Shown here: piece by piece, positions 7,205 to 16,641 of the stretch | How positions within the stretch are numbered: position 1 is the first letter of the stretch | How the letters are laid out: every line of letters begins with the position of its first letter | Virus record (IMG/VR): IMGVR_UViG_3300046665_000306 | Span: 62,001 to 120,498 of that record | Direction: 5' to 3' (one strand) | From: an uncultured virus (IMG/VR IMGVR_UViG_3300046665_000306) | Taxonomy: Duplodnaviria > Heunggongvirae > Uroviricota > Caudoviricetes | DNA: 58,498 nucleotides | Made by a program: the position numbers and the translations under genes | Notes under the pieces: model-generated | The model's input: only the letters and a program-made list of their open reading frames with translations | Database searches by the model: none | Told to the model about the DNA's origin: nothing

Positions 7205-9201
7205 TATTGTTCCTTCTCCACCTTAAATGATTTTGTTTCAGTATCATACCTTACAAAGAGCTTACCTGTAAAGCCATCAAGAGAGAAATCAGCGAAAATA
7301 GGTTCAAGATTGGTTTCGATATATCCCGGCAAGCCACGAGCCCCTTTGACAGGGTCGTAATGATCGGCACAGAAGTTTGTAATCGTGTTTCCCTGAATAG
7401 TGATAATAATCTCTTCCTCGCCGTAGACGTTAGAAATTTTATTAATTTCACGCATCACGATATGTTCGATATGCTCTACTTCAAGCTTTCTGAAGCAAAC
7501 AATGTTCTCACGACCCGCAAATCTGTTAAGAAATTCAGGACGATAGGTATTGTTAAGGTCTTCGAATGCAAGAGTTTCAGCTTCTTCCCACGTCAATTCC
7601 TCATTGAGGAAATGTGGCTGACCAATATTCGTTGTCATGATAATGATGGAATCCGCGAACGAAACGGTACGGCCCAAGTTATCAGTGAGGCGACCATCAG
7701 AAAGAATCTGAAGGAAGAGATTGAAAATCTGCGGATCAGCCTTTTCGATCTCATCGAAGAGGAGAATCTGATTAGGATTGTTCCGCATCAAATTGGTCAA
7801 AATACCACCAGCCTCGGCCAACTCGTAACCCGGAGGTGCACCGATAAGCTTTGCCACGGCATGCTTTTCCGAGTATTCTGACATATCGAAACGCGCCAGA
7901 GATTTCTCACTACCTAAGAGAATTGAGGCAAGAGCCTTTGCAATTTCGGTTTTACCGACACCAGATGGCCCGAGGAACATGAACGCGGCTTGTGGAGATT
8001 CCTTATTTCGACGCACCGCCCGAGCCACCTTAACGGCATTAGCCAACTTGCCCACTGCTAGAGGCTGTCCAAAGACACGCTGCCCCAACTCTGCCTCAAG
8101 ACCCTTCAGCTTTTCGCGCTCGTTTTCATTAAGCTTCGACGCCGCAATGCCAGAAATCATGGCAAACTCTTCCGTCACCATTTCCTTTGTCAGACGTAGA
8201 TTGGCATTGATTTCTAGCTTTAATTTATCAAATTCTGCCTTATTCGCATCAACTACTTTTTGGAATTCTTTAATAGTTTTGCGAAGTTCAACAACGGCGG
8301 GAGGCTCAATTCCGATATTGAAACTATCACCCTTTTCCTTGATTTCTTTTAGCCGCTGCTCGATATTTTCTTCAAGGTTGGCGATTTCAATTTCACCATC
8401 TCTTTTATTTTTATTAAATTCGCGCAATTTTGCAGAAACAGTTTCGTCTAGACCGGCATGAGCTTTGAGACGGTAACTGGCAAGGGCGCGATCCAGAAGC
8501 GTGACGCTACGCTCTGGCTGAGCACGGCTTAGACCGGGATCGCGGGTACGATATTTGTTCGTAAGTGCAATCGCCTCAAGAATAGCATCATCATTAATCG
8601 CAATTTCATGATATTTGGCTAGACCTTCAGACGCCTTCGTGACAATCTCATGAAGAGCTTCTTTGACAGGCTCAATCACGTCCATCATTGTGAAACATTC
8701 TTTTAGATCACTATGGACCCTCATGACAGTTTCAGCATCTTCGTCACGTGTCTCAAAGATGACCTGTGTCAGATTCCGCTTCACTGCCGACATAAGATCG
8801 TTGATGAAATGAACCGCGCCGTTGTTTCGACACGCCTCAATGAAATCACGAGTGTCTTCGATAATCAGAATGGAATCAGGTGTCTTTTCGAGGCGAGCCA
8901 TGATCTTTCGGAAATCTTCGCTCGTCTTATTGGAATCACCGGACGAGAAAAGCCTATCAGTATCGAGCCAGAACAGTCGCTTTGCCACGATATCGAACGG
9001 CGCATCTGGATCAGCCTTCTTCATCTGAAGCCCGAGGCAGAGCGCGGTAATGCCTACACCACCGGGACCGACAAGTACGACAGAATTTGCCGCGCTTCGC
9101 ATCAAAATAGCGCTTAACCTATCCAAATCGTGATTTCTACCAACGAGATTGAAACCTACGTGCTGCGCCAGATATTCAGAACCGCGAATCAGATAATCCA
9201 A
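7204..9201 (-). CDS. clpB: ClpB/ClpA-family AAA+ ATPase lacking the N-domain, with degenerate NBD1
   Basis: NBD2 motifs GPSGVGKTE, RFDMSEY, LIGAPPGY, LLFDEIEKA, GRLTD, RPEFLNR, GARGL; NBD1 GPGGVGIT and IIED; coiled-coil middle domain. Confidence 0.9.
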   Translation of the reverse strand: MDYLIRGSEYLAQHVGFNLVGRNHDLDRLSAILMRSAANSVVLVGPGGVGITALCLGLQMKKADPDAPFDIVAKRLFWLDTDRLFSSGDSNKTSEDFRKIMARLEKTPDSILIIEDTRDFIEACRNNGAVHFINDLMSAVKRNLTQVIFETRDEDAETVMRVHSDLKECFTMMDVIEPVKEALHEIVTKASEGLAKYHEIAINDDAILEAIALTNKYRTRDPGLSRAQPERSVTLLDRALASYRLKAHAGLDETVSAKLREFNKNKRDGEIEIANLEENIEQRLKEIKEKGDSFNIGIEPPAVVELRKTIKEFQKVVDANKAEFDKLKLEINANLRLTKEMVTEEFAMISGIAASKLNENEREKLKGLEAELGQRVFGQPLAVGKLANAVKVARAVRRNKESPQAAFMFLGPSGVGKTEIAKALASILLGSEKSLARFDMSEYSEKHAVAKLIGAPPGYELAEAGGILTNLMRNNPNQILLFDEIEKADPQIFNLFLQILSDGRLTDNLGRTVSFADSIIIMTTNIGQPHFLNEELTWEEAETLAFEDLNNTYRPEFLNRFAGRENIVCFRKLEVEHIEHIVMREINKISNVYGEEEIIITIQGNTITNFCADHYDPVKGARGLPGYIETNLEPIFADFSLDGFTGKLFVRYDTETKSFKVEKEQ

Positions 9202-9236
9202 AATTTTTCTCCTTAAGTTCTTTTAGATAGATATGA

Positions 9237-9275
9237 TTAAGGCGCTATTTAAAGCGCCTTAAGTGATTTTGTCAA
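9237..9275 (-). promoter_or_regulatory. promoter whose -10 is the loop of a perfect 10-bp inverted repeat
   Basis: TTGACA(9275-9270)-17 nt-TTAAAT(9252-9247); arms TTAAGGCGCT/AGCGCCTTAA. Confidence 0.5.
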
Positions 9276-9289
9276 GTGATTCTCTTCGT

Positions 9290-10939
9290 TTAAATCTTGA
9301 AAGGCGTGTCTTCGGCAGACTTAGAAGGCTGTTCCGTCGCTTCGATCTTGATCGAAGAGTGAACCGAAGCATTTTCCTTGACCGCGTCCTGCACCGATGA
9401 AGCAAGTTCTCGGATCGATTCAAGGTTCTGTTCAAGTTCAGCCACGTTTTCGCGTGTGATCTTTGTGGCGTCGGCAACTACATCCTTGTACTGGTAAAGG
9501 TCTTCCATTGCCTTTACAAGCTCTTCGTTCACTTCGCCAGTTGCGACAGCCACTCTCATGCTTTCCTTCATAGCAATTTCGTTCGTCGCATCATTCATCT
9601 GAACCATTGTATCACGAGCAATGGTTGCACTTTCAGCAATTGCGGCTTGGCCCACGGCCTGAAGCACGGTAGAAAGTCGATCCGCAACGCCCGCAACGCC
9701 TTGAGTATGCATAACACGCACCTTCTCGACCTGAGACGAGTTTGAATCTGCCATGGTCTTAATTCGAACACTCTGCGTAGAAAGATCAGCAAAAGTCTTT
9801 TCAGTGTCAACGGCGGAACTTGAGAGCACAGTGAGATGATCGTCAATGGCGCGAAGTTCATTGTCTCGCTTCATCTTAGTGATCATTGATTCTTCTTCGG
9901 CGGGTGTCGCTAGAGTTTCGCGCTTCGTCTTGATCTCCGAACCAGCTTCCTTAATACCTTCGCCAAGGATGGCATATGCACTAATCATGGATTGGTTAGC
10001 ATCGGTAAGATCATCGATTTGATCTCCCATACCGGTAAGACTGCCACGAATTCCGCCGAGAGCAGACTTAGAAACTGCCACGAATTTCTTAGCCTTTTCA
10101 ACAGTGTTGGCAGAATTTCGCTGATGTTCTTCCGCCGAAAGATCGAGCATGGCGCGAATCGTAGCCTTGGCCTTGCCGAATTCCGAATCATCTTCAACAG
10201 AGACAGGAGCTTGAGCCGAAACTGCCGAAAGCTCTTGCTCCAAGCGAACAATATTGTCTTTGGCCTGAATGATAGAAATTTCATTCAAAGCGATCTTTTC
10301 GCGTGAGGATTGGCGCACCCCGAGCAGGCCGAACAGCGCTTTATCTTCGCTGAGTCGCGCATTTTCATTGGTAAGATCGTTGATCAGTTGCTGAGTTGTT
10401 TCAAAGCGCTGCTTAATGCCGTTGATCTTGCCGTTGAATTCTGTCTCAACGCTACGGTCGTTGCGAATATCTGAGAAGATTTCGTTGGTCTTCCCTTCTT
10501 TTCTCACAACGTGCATCGCGTCGATGATTTCAAGGATTGGCTTCATCGCTTCATTGAATTCGATAAGACCGTCATTCATTGTGGTATAAACTTGCTGAAG
10601 CTGAGCCGTGGTATTCGTATTGGTGACATCAATGATTTTACCAGCCATCGTTTCGCGCTGAAGCTGAAGAAATTCCTTGAATTCATCCAAAGCCTTAATC
10701 GTGGCCTTGTTTTCTTCCTTCGTGCCCACGGTAGCGAGAGTTTTCGCTACTGCTTTCTGCTTATCTTCCGGCGAAAGCTCAGGATTAAGTACGATCTTGT
10801 AGAACGTGTTAGCCGCGATATTTTCGGCCCGCGTATCCTTGGCCGTTTCGGTCTGTACCGTCTTGGCCTTGACCCCGGTAATTTCCGCGATTCGCGCCTG
10901 ACGTGCTTCCTTAAGCTTTGCTGCTCCAAAATCACTCAT
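9290..10939 (-). CDS. long coiled-coil protein (possibly TelA/KlaB-like)
   Basis: 549 aa, almost all heptad-rich helix, no Cys/Trp, short hydrophobic ALFGLLGV patch; family call tentative. Confidence 0.6.
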   Translation of the reverse strand: MSDFGAAKLKEARQARIAEITGVKAKTVQTETAKDTRAENIAANTFYKIVLNPELSPEDKQKAVAKTLATVGTKEENKATIKALDEFKEFLQLQRETMAGKIIDVTNTNTTAQLQQVYTTMNDGLIEFNEAMKPILEIIDAMHVVRKEGKTNEIFSDIRNDRSVETEFNGKINGIKQRFETTQQLINDLTNENARLSEDKALFGLLGVRQSSREKIALNEISIIQAKDNIVRLEQELSAVSAQAPVSVEDDSEFGKAKATIRAMLDLSAEEHQRNSANTVEKAKKFVAVSKSALGGIRGSLTGMGDQIDDLTDANQSMISAYAILGEGIKEAGSEIKTKRETLATPAEEESMITKMKRDNELRAIDDHLTVLSSSAVDTEKTFADLSTQSVRIKTMADSNSSQVEKVRVMHTQGVAGVADRLSTVLQAVGQAAIAESATIARDTMVQMNDATNEIAMKESMRVAVATGEVNEELVKAMEDLYQYKDVVADATKITRENVAELEQNLESIRELASSVQDAVKENASVHSSIKIEATEQPSKSAEDTPFKI

Positions 10940-11957
10940 AAATTTTCTCCTTTAGTTCGTTAACTTCCATTTTCTGCCCATGCATCCAATGTTTGGTGGT
11001 CTGTATATGACCTTTCCTTACACACTTTGCAACATATTTTTTGAATTCTCCGAAAGAAAATTCACTTGCACTCCTAACGACATAACCTTCATGATTGTCC
11101 CACGACAAAGCTATGTTTTTAATAAGTTTTTCGTCATACATGCCTCGATACAGAACAGGAACTGGCTCAATGTTTAATAGTTTAAACCACTCCAACGTCT
11201 CGTCCCATGAGAGACAAACGTTTTTATCGTTCCAGATGGAGAAGCCGTAAAAATAAGTTTCGAGATTATCATAACCGATGGAGTGTTTGGCATAAAGGTT
11301 TTCACCACAAACTCTCCAACGCTCAGGAATATCTACGGCAATGGAACTCCAAAAGTTTTTAACCCAATTGCGACTAGGATGATTCCTGCCATCAAGACTT
11401 CTGGCGTGAATATAATCGCTATAAAGCGTAGTGTTCTCACCATCCATTTTCTCCGTCACAACGACTTCCATACCGCTGAAAGCTGACATATCTCTTAGGA
11501 TACGATCATCCTCATTCATGCCGGGAGACCATGGAACATGAGTCGTGCGTGGATATTTGACATAATGAGTGAACAGTGGGAGCTTATCATGAAGTATCTT
11601 TTGAACCGATTCGTCAAAGAAAAGTTCTCCGATCAACCTAGTTCCATTCGGCAGGATTGGATTTCCCCATTTGTCATACACCTGATCATCATAGAAATGC
11701 TCAGGGATAACCTTCTTCGTGATCCCGGCACGTTCTCTGATTTCCTCGACTGAAATGTCTGTAGCCTCGCAAGCTATGTGGTGAATTCCGCAGACGCTGG
11801 CCCCGTTATCGAGATAATAACCACCATCGGAAAAGAGTCGGCGTTCCAAGATATGATGTGCGTCAAGCTTTCCACCTATTCCGCAAACGACACAGCGATG
11901 ACCGTCCCTGATAAAGACGCCCTCTCTGAAATCATCTCTGGTCAAAAGCTTTGCCAC
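10932..11957 (-). CDS. HNH domain fused to an ATP-dependent RNA ligase domain
   Basis: N-terminal RDGHRCVVCG..DAHHI..NGASVCGIHH; C-terminal KYPRTxH, TEKMDGEN (motif I), GENLYAKHS, EGYVVR, K.VR. Confidence 0.85.
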   Translation of the reverse strand: MAKLLTRDDFREGVFIRDGHRCVVCGIGGKLDAHHILERRLFSDGGYYLDNGASVCGIHHIACEATDISVEEIRERAGITKKVIPEHFYDDQVYDKWGNPILPNGTRLIGELFFDESVQKILHDKLPLFTHYVKYPRTTHVPWSPGMNEDDRILRDMSAFSGMEVVVTEKMDGENTTLYSDYIHARSLDGRNHPSRNWVKNFWSSIAVDIPERWRVCGENLYAKHSIGYDNLETYFYGFSIWNDKNVCLSWDETLEWFKLLNIEPVPVLYRGMYDEKLIKNIALSWDNHEGYVVRSASEFSFGEFKKYVAKCVRKGHIQTTKHWMHGQKMEVNELKEKIYE

Positions 11958-11958
11958 T

Positions 11959-12288
11959 TTAATAATCCGCCTCCGTCTGATATTTAAAATTCATATAACC
12001 GTCGAGATAATTTTCAATGTTAGCCGCCCCGACAGGATTTTGACTATGGACGTACCACTCAAAATCCGGCCCGATCAGTGTTCCACCTCTATCCTCATCC
12101 AGATCAACTAGATACTTGGCACACTCGTAGCCACTAAGGCTGTCATCTCCAAGATCGTGATCAAAGCTAATGAATTTGATCGGCGTTTTTGCGTAAAGCA
12201 CTGCGTCAACGAATTCGTTATAATTCCTTACAATAACGAAGTCAAGGTAATTCGCGGGCAGGCGTTCGTCATCTAGAAAAATGTTCAT
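11959..12288 (-). CDS. cyclic-phosphate-processing receiver-like domain protein
   Basis: IFLDDER, ISFDHDLG, SGYEC, VHSQNPVGA motifs; adjacent to an RNA ligase. Confidence 0.8.
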   Translation of the reverse strand: MNIFLDDERLPANYLDFVIVRNYNEFVDAVLYAKTPIKFISFDHDLGDDSLSGYECAKYLVDLDEDRGGTLIGPDFEWYVHSQNPVGAANIENYLDGYMNFKYQTEADY

Positions 12289-12473
12289 CAAGTCACCGCG
12301 AAATAGATGCACCATGCCAGCAGTGATACAATCACAGCCGTTCCCATAAAAAGAGGAGCAAAAAACGCTCCTACCAAGGGATCATCTTCGCGCATGACGA
12401 GAATTACCGCAGTCGTTATACTAATAAAAGTAACAAGGGCAGGAATACCCCAATAACCAATAACAATTGTCAC
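12288..12473 (-). CDS. small two-TM membrane protein
   Basis: Two hydrophobic helices. Confidence 0.55.
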   Translation of the reverse strand: MTIVIGYWGIPALVTFISITTAVILVMREDDPLVGAFFAPLFMGTAVIVSLLAWCIYFAVT

Positions 12474-12805
12474 TTCAAATCACCTTCCTTAAATTCTGGC
12501 ATGGTCACGACAGCTTTATAAAATGCCATCTTACCGTCACGATAATAAGTGTCGGTAATATCGCCACCGATGCCTTGCTCCCATTTCGACGTTACCTTGA
12601 ACAGAATGCCGGGGAACATTTTAGAAACGGGAAGCATTGCCTCGTTCATCTCATCGTCATAAACGCTTTCACCGTAAAACAGGTACTTCTTATCCGCAGC
12701 TTGGGCCACAACATCTTCCGCCCTACCTTTGAACATGACGAGCATAGCGTTAAACGCCAAGTCGTGGCCAGTATATGTTAGAAAATGATCAACTTGATAT
12801 CCCAT
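12470..12805 (-). CDS. hypothetical protein
   Basis: Tiled ORF. Confidence 0.6.
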   Translation of the reverse strand: MGYQVDHFLTYTGHDLAFNAMLVMFKGRAEDVVAQAADKKYLFYGESVYDDEMNEAMLPVSKMFPGILFKVTSKWEQGIGGDITDTYYRDGKMAFYKAVVTMPEFKEGDLK

Positions 12806-13022
12806 TACTTTTCTCCTTCTTCCATCTCTTGTACTCCTTGATATAATGTTCAGGCACGATAGCCGTCATAACGCCGAGACTGTCTCTAAACATTGGGTCT
12901 AACTTACCGTCAATCACTTTTGCATAAGAAAACACATCACCTTTGACGCGTTCCAACGCTTCTACCCCGCCATTTTCAGTCACGATCCAGATGTATTCAG
13001 GACTGGTCAATATCCACTCCAT
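12789..13022 (-). CDS. hypothetical protein
   Basis: Tiled ORF. Confidence 0.55.
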   Translation of the reverse strand: MEWILTSPEYIWIVTENGGVEALERVKGDVFSYAKVIDGKLDPMFRDSLGVMTAIVPEHYIKEYKRWKKEKSNGISS

Positions 13023-13179
13023 TCCGCGATCTTCTTACCGATAATAAATGGCAAGGCAACAACGATTACGATGGGCCACAACACTGAGGCCCAAAATACG
13101 TCTGACAAGCCCATCCTGCGAAAGAAGCCAAGTGCAACGAACATGCTGAAGAAGTAAAGGATAATGTAAATCATGTCAG

Positions 13180-13620
13180 TTATACTCCAAAATAGAGACG
13201 GTCATAGATTGAGGCGGCGCGGAATTTGGTGAATTCATGACTACAATCCACTTCGCCGTAGTAATCTTGCCAATAGTGAGTCGAGAAGCCTTCGATCACG
13301 AACCACTCATCTTCTTTGATCTCATTCACGCCGATCATTTCTTTGATGGTGTATGATAGGCCAGCGCCGAACTCGGCTTCATACGCCGCCGCGCCACCTT
13401 CATATTGAATTTCATATATGCCCCAATCATCACCGTCAACATACTCTATCTGAAACAGAATTGTGGAAGGCTCGGCAGGATTAGGACATTCATATTCTTC
13501 ATCTTCATCTATTCCGTCGATCACGGTCCAATCTTCGGCATCAATTACCGCTGCGGCCCTGTCACGCATGATAGCCACACCTTCAGCGATATCATCTTCT
13601 CTAATTTTTACTTCGACCAC
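13180..13620 (-). CDS. highly acidic hypothetical protein
   Basis: Very D/E-rich 146-aa ORF. Confidence 0.6.
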   Translation of the reverse strand: MVEVKIREDDIAEGVAIMRDRAAAVIDAEDWTVIDGIDEDEEYECPNPAEPSTILFQIEYVDGDDWGIYEIQYEGGAAAYEAEFGAGLSYTIKEMIGVNEIKEDEWFVIEGFSTHYWQDYYGEVDCSHEFTKFRAASIYDRLYFGV

Positions 13621-13787
13621 TTACTTCTTCTCCCGGCATGATAATGCCCCAATAAACTGTGAACAGATCGACCGTGCCGATTCGTTCCATTTTAAGGCAA
13701 TGGACCTTACGAATCGTGTCCGCCGTGCCTACCTTAAATTCAAATCCGGGTGAAGCGATGCAGTTACCGATTTCTCCTCGCCACGTT

Positions 13788-14360
13788 TCATGCTTGATTT
13801 GGTAAACCATTTTCCCTTGCTCCTAACTTTATAGGTCGATCCTGTTGAGCTTTTAAACCTTCAACAGTAACCTTGTCATTCTTTTCCCAACCTTCTTCTA
13901 GGGCGAGAATGTACAGGGACAGTTTAAGATTCTTTGCCAAGATTTGTTCCATCGCTTCTGCATCACCGTCTAGAGCGTTTAGCTTTCTGAAGTAGTGCTT
14001 GCCGCGAATCGGTGGCGGAACTTTACCACCATTTTCAATTATTTTAGCTTTGAATTTTTCAAAATTTTCGGTGCCTCGGCGCTGGTTGCAGGACCAATGA
14101 CTGAGAGGAACGTTCTCCTTAGCACTCGAACCACCTTTAGATTTGAGATGCACATGCTCAAACGTGGCATTACTTTTCGGCGTCTTGCTTTTGTGCTTCC
14201 CGACGCTGATCGTCATAGGTTTGCTACAGAGACAGCACAACCCATCTTGTTGCTTGAACAGTGCCACCTTTTTTCTATGCTGTCGCCTTACCCACGCCTC
14301 TGGTATGGCGGGAATAAGGGCTTCGTACACGATAAGCTGTTGCTGCTGTTCCGGCGTCAT
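13788..14360 (-). CDS. HNH endonuclease
   Basis: QDGLCCLC...ATFEHV..KSKGG...N..LSHWSCNQRRG. Confidence 0.85.
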   Translation of the reverse strand: MTPEQQQQLIVYEALIPAIPEAWVRRQHRKKVALFKQQDGLCCLCSKPMTISVGKHKSKTPKSNATFEHVHLKSKGGSSAKENVPLSHWSCNQRRGTENFEKFKAKIIENGGKVPPPIRGKHYFRKLNALDGDAEAMEQILAKNLKLSLYILALEEGWEKNDKVTVEGLKAQQDRPIKLGARENGLPNQA

Positions 14361-14371
14361 GGCACTCCTCT

Positions 14372-15031
14372 TTATATCTCGTCAGCTTCTGCGAATTTTC
14401 TCGACCTGAGCGCGGAGCAGACACCTTCAGTAATTTGCCTACCAGTTGCGCCGAGAATCAAGCGTTCTGTTAATTTCGTCATATTCTCTTTAGCCAGATA
14501 TGGCAAGCTTAAATTTTTGCAAAGCTGGACAAGTTCGTCGCGCCACAGCAAATTGAGCATGGCTCTGGTATCAGGTGTGTCATACAAACCCTTGATTTTC
14601 CACGTCTGATCCATGTAGCGATTTGAATTCCGTAACGGCTCTGGATAGGTCCAGACAAAATCTTTGACATGACTGCCGACTATTTCTGTCAATGGTGGGC
14701 TAGGATCGTAACGCGTACCACCATTATTGGCATAATCTTTCGCGACAAAAAACTTTTTATCGAGCACGAGAAAGGTTTGATGTGAGCAGCGTTTAAACGC
14801 TTTCCACTGATGATCCAAACGCTTAAGTACGTCTTTCTCACTCTTAATTTCAAATAATAAAATTTCAGAAAGACCAACAACGGCTAGATCGGCACGAGGA
14901 CTTCCTGTCCCTGCCGTATTTAGTTCATGGATTATTCGTGAACAGGGTCTAACTTGTCTGATTTTATCAATGACTGTATTTCTAATTTCGCGCTCTACCG
15001 AACTGCCTGCCATAACGGGGATAAATCTCAT
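14372..15031 (-). CDS. PD-(D/E)XK nuclease-fold protein (sce7726-like)
   Basis: IIHEL...RADLAVV...FEIKSEKD.LKRL..Q motif. Confidence 0.7.
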   Translation of the reverse strand: MRFIPVMAGSSVEREIRNTVIDKIRQVRPCSRIIHELNTAGTGSPRADLAVVGLSEILLFEIKSEKDVLKRLDHQWKAFKRCSHQTFLVLDKKFFVAKDYANNGGTRYDPSPPLTEIVGSHVKDFVWTYPEPLRNSNRYMDQTWKIKGLYDTPDTRAMLNLLWRDELVQLCKNLSLPYLAKENMTKLTERLILGATGRQITEGVCSALRSRKFAEADEI

Positions 15032-15239
15032 TTTTGTGTTGTGAATAAATGTTCATAATATTATATGAAGTGACTTTGGAGGTATCAATTTCGCTGGTGA
15101 TTAGCCATTGAGCCAAGTGCCTTCCGATTTCATAACGTGGTCCTGTGAAATAATCATAATCATCAATTCTAGAAGGTAAATCATTTAACCTGTCACAAAA
15201 GCCAGCAAACATGGCGTCATAAACTGAATGGAACGTCAT
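14982..15239 (-). CDS. hypothetical protein
   Basis: First gene after the leftward promoter (ATG 15239). Confidence 0.5.
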   Translation of the reverse strand: MTFHSVYDAMFAGFCDRLNDLPSRIDDYDYFTGPRYEIGRHLAQWLITSEIDTSKVTSYNIMNIYSQHKNEIYPRYGRQFGRARN

Positions 15240-15250
15240 TAAAATTCCTA

Positions 15251-15299
15251 TTGACTTATTGAATTTAGCTGTTATAAACGACGAATTACAAAAAGTCAA
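15251..15299. promoter_or_regulatory. bidirectional promoter at the main strand switch
   Basis: Plus: TTGACT(15251)-16 nt-TATAAA. Minus: TTGACT(15299)-17 nt-TATAAC. The two -10 elements overlap. Confidence 0.65.
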
Positions 15300-15336
15300 G
15301 CAAAATGATTATAACCTTTAAACATAAAGGATCAGT

Positions 15337-15540
15337 ATGTCCGCCACCAGCGCAGCAACTAAAAGCAAGTTTAAAGAAGTTTATATCGATGGAGAGCGCT
15401 ATGTAAGTGACGAACTTGAGGCGCAGATTAAGTGGCTCAAGGTCAGGAGTGAAGAGATTTTCCACGGCTCCATTGATGATCGCGCCTCTCTCACCAAACT
15501 TTATCAAATTATAGGGATGATTTCAGTTGAAAATAATTAA
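15337..15540 (+). CDS. hypothetical protein
   Basis: First plus-strand ORF; AAGGA SD. Confidence 0.55.
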   Translation: MSATSAATKSKFKEVYIDGERYVSDELEAQIKWLKVRSEEIFHGSIDDRASLTKLYQIIGMISVENN

Positions 15541-15639
15541 TTATATTTGTTACGCCGTTACCATTTTAATCGTCGGTTCTTTTCTTTATAATTATCAACT
15601 AACCTACGCCATTCTGCTCCTCCTGTTAGGAGCAAATTA

Positions 15640-15837
15640 ATGAGCGCACCAACTCTCTTAGCACCTGTATTTTTCGCTATTTCGATGTGCCTTGTTATGA
15701 CGTGGCTCTGCATCGGTTTGGAAAATTATCTTGTCAATGAACGGGCGAGAAGCATTCTTTCGTGGATTTCCCCCGTTTTCCTTGTCGCGATTCCTGTATC
15801 GCTGACTTTTTATCTTTTTGGAACAAATCCGTCATGA
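15640..15837 (+). CDS. small membrane protein
   Basis: Two hydrophobic helices; AGGAG SD. Confidence 0.6.
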   Translation: MSAPTLLAPVFFAISMCLVMTWLCIGLENYLVNERARSILSWISPVFLVAIPVSLTFYLFGTNPS

Positions 15838-16006
15838 AATTAGCTTTTAAAAAATCACACCCTCCCGGCTTTGTCGAAGTGAGGTACGGAAGCTTGTTGC
15901 TTTATAGCAACAAGGAATTTGAGAAGGCGGTTAATTGGGTAAAGTTGCATTATAAGTTGACAGATAAACAATTAGCTGCAATTGTCAGGGAATATGAAAA
16001 GGAGGA

Positions 16007-16282
16007 TTGAAAATGAATGAAGAGCTAACCCTAGATCGTTACGCCGTGTTCGAAGATTACGCCATCCCCCATCCAACAGGCGCTTTTGTCCGATTCACAG
16101 ACGTTGCCACTTTGATTAGTCGACTCTGCATGGTGATTGAGGCACACAACGGCGCGGCAAACAGCCCTGCAAATGCTGTGTTCATGGCGTCTCCTCCTAT
16201 GGTTTGGGACGCCGTAATTGATAGAGACCTTGCCATTGCGGCTGAGGTTTGGGCCGAATTCGCCACGGCTAACTTAATTTAA
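16007..16282 (+). CDS. hypothetical protein
   Basis: GGAGG SD; tiled. Confidence 0.55.
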   Translation: MKMNEELTLDRYAVFEDYAIPHPTGAFVRFTDVATLISRLCMVIEAHNGAANSPANAVFMASPPMVWDAVIDRDLAIAAEVWAEFATANLI

Positions 16283-16290
16283 GCTACCTT

Positions 16291-16641
16291 ATGTCGAAAC
16301 ATCATAATTTATCAAAACTCGATAGAGCTTTTGTCAAAATCTATCGAGAGGAAGCTCTATTGAGCCAAGACAAGAAGTGCTGCTATTGCCACGAGCCTTT
16401 GTCATTTAAAAGCGTCACGGCGGAGCATAAGCAGCCAAGAAGCAAGAATGGGTCCGACGCTAAGGAAAACATTGCAGGCTCTTGTAGGGCTTGCAATGAG
16501 GCAAAGGGAGCCATTACTGACGCCAAGTTCAAGAAACTTATTAAAAGTTTTCCAAGCGGCATGAGCTACAAGATAATTTTGACATGGTCGAGGCGCAGGA
16601 TCAACTTGGCGCTTGAGAGATTTGAGAAAGGTTGGAGCTAG
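16291..16641 (+). CDS. HNH endonuclease
   Basis: QDKKCCYC...TAEHKQPRSKNG...NIAGSCRACNEAKG. Confidence 0.85.
   Translation: MSKHHNLSKLDRAFVKIYREEALLSQDKKCCYCHEPLSFKSVTAEHKQPRSKNGSDAKENIAGSCRACNEAKGAITDAKFKKLIKSFPSGMSYKIILTWSRRRINLALERFEKGWS

Noticed and set aside
7360..10963. Long plus-strand ORFs antisense to the ClpB and coiled-coil genes (and similar shadow ORFs elsewhere, e.g. 13995-14609, 16725-17321, 35502-35972)
   Set aside because: They lie opposite well-supported genes, lack SD sequences and motifs, and are explained by codon bias.
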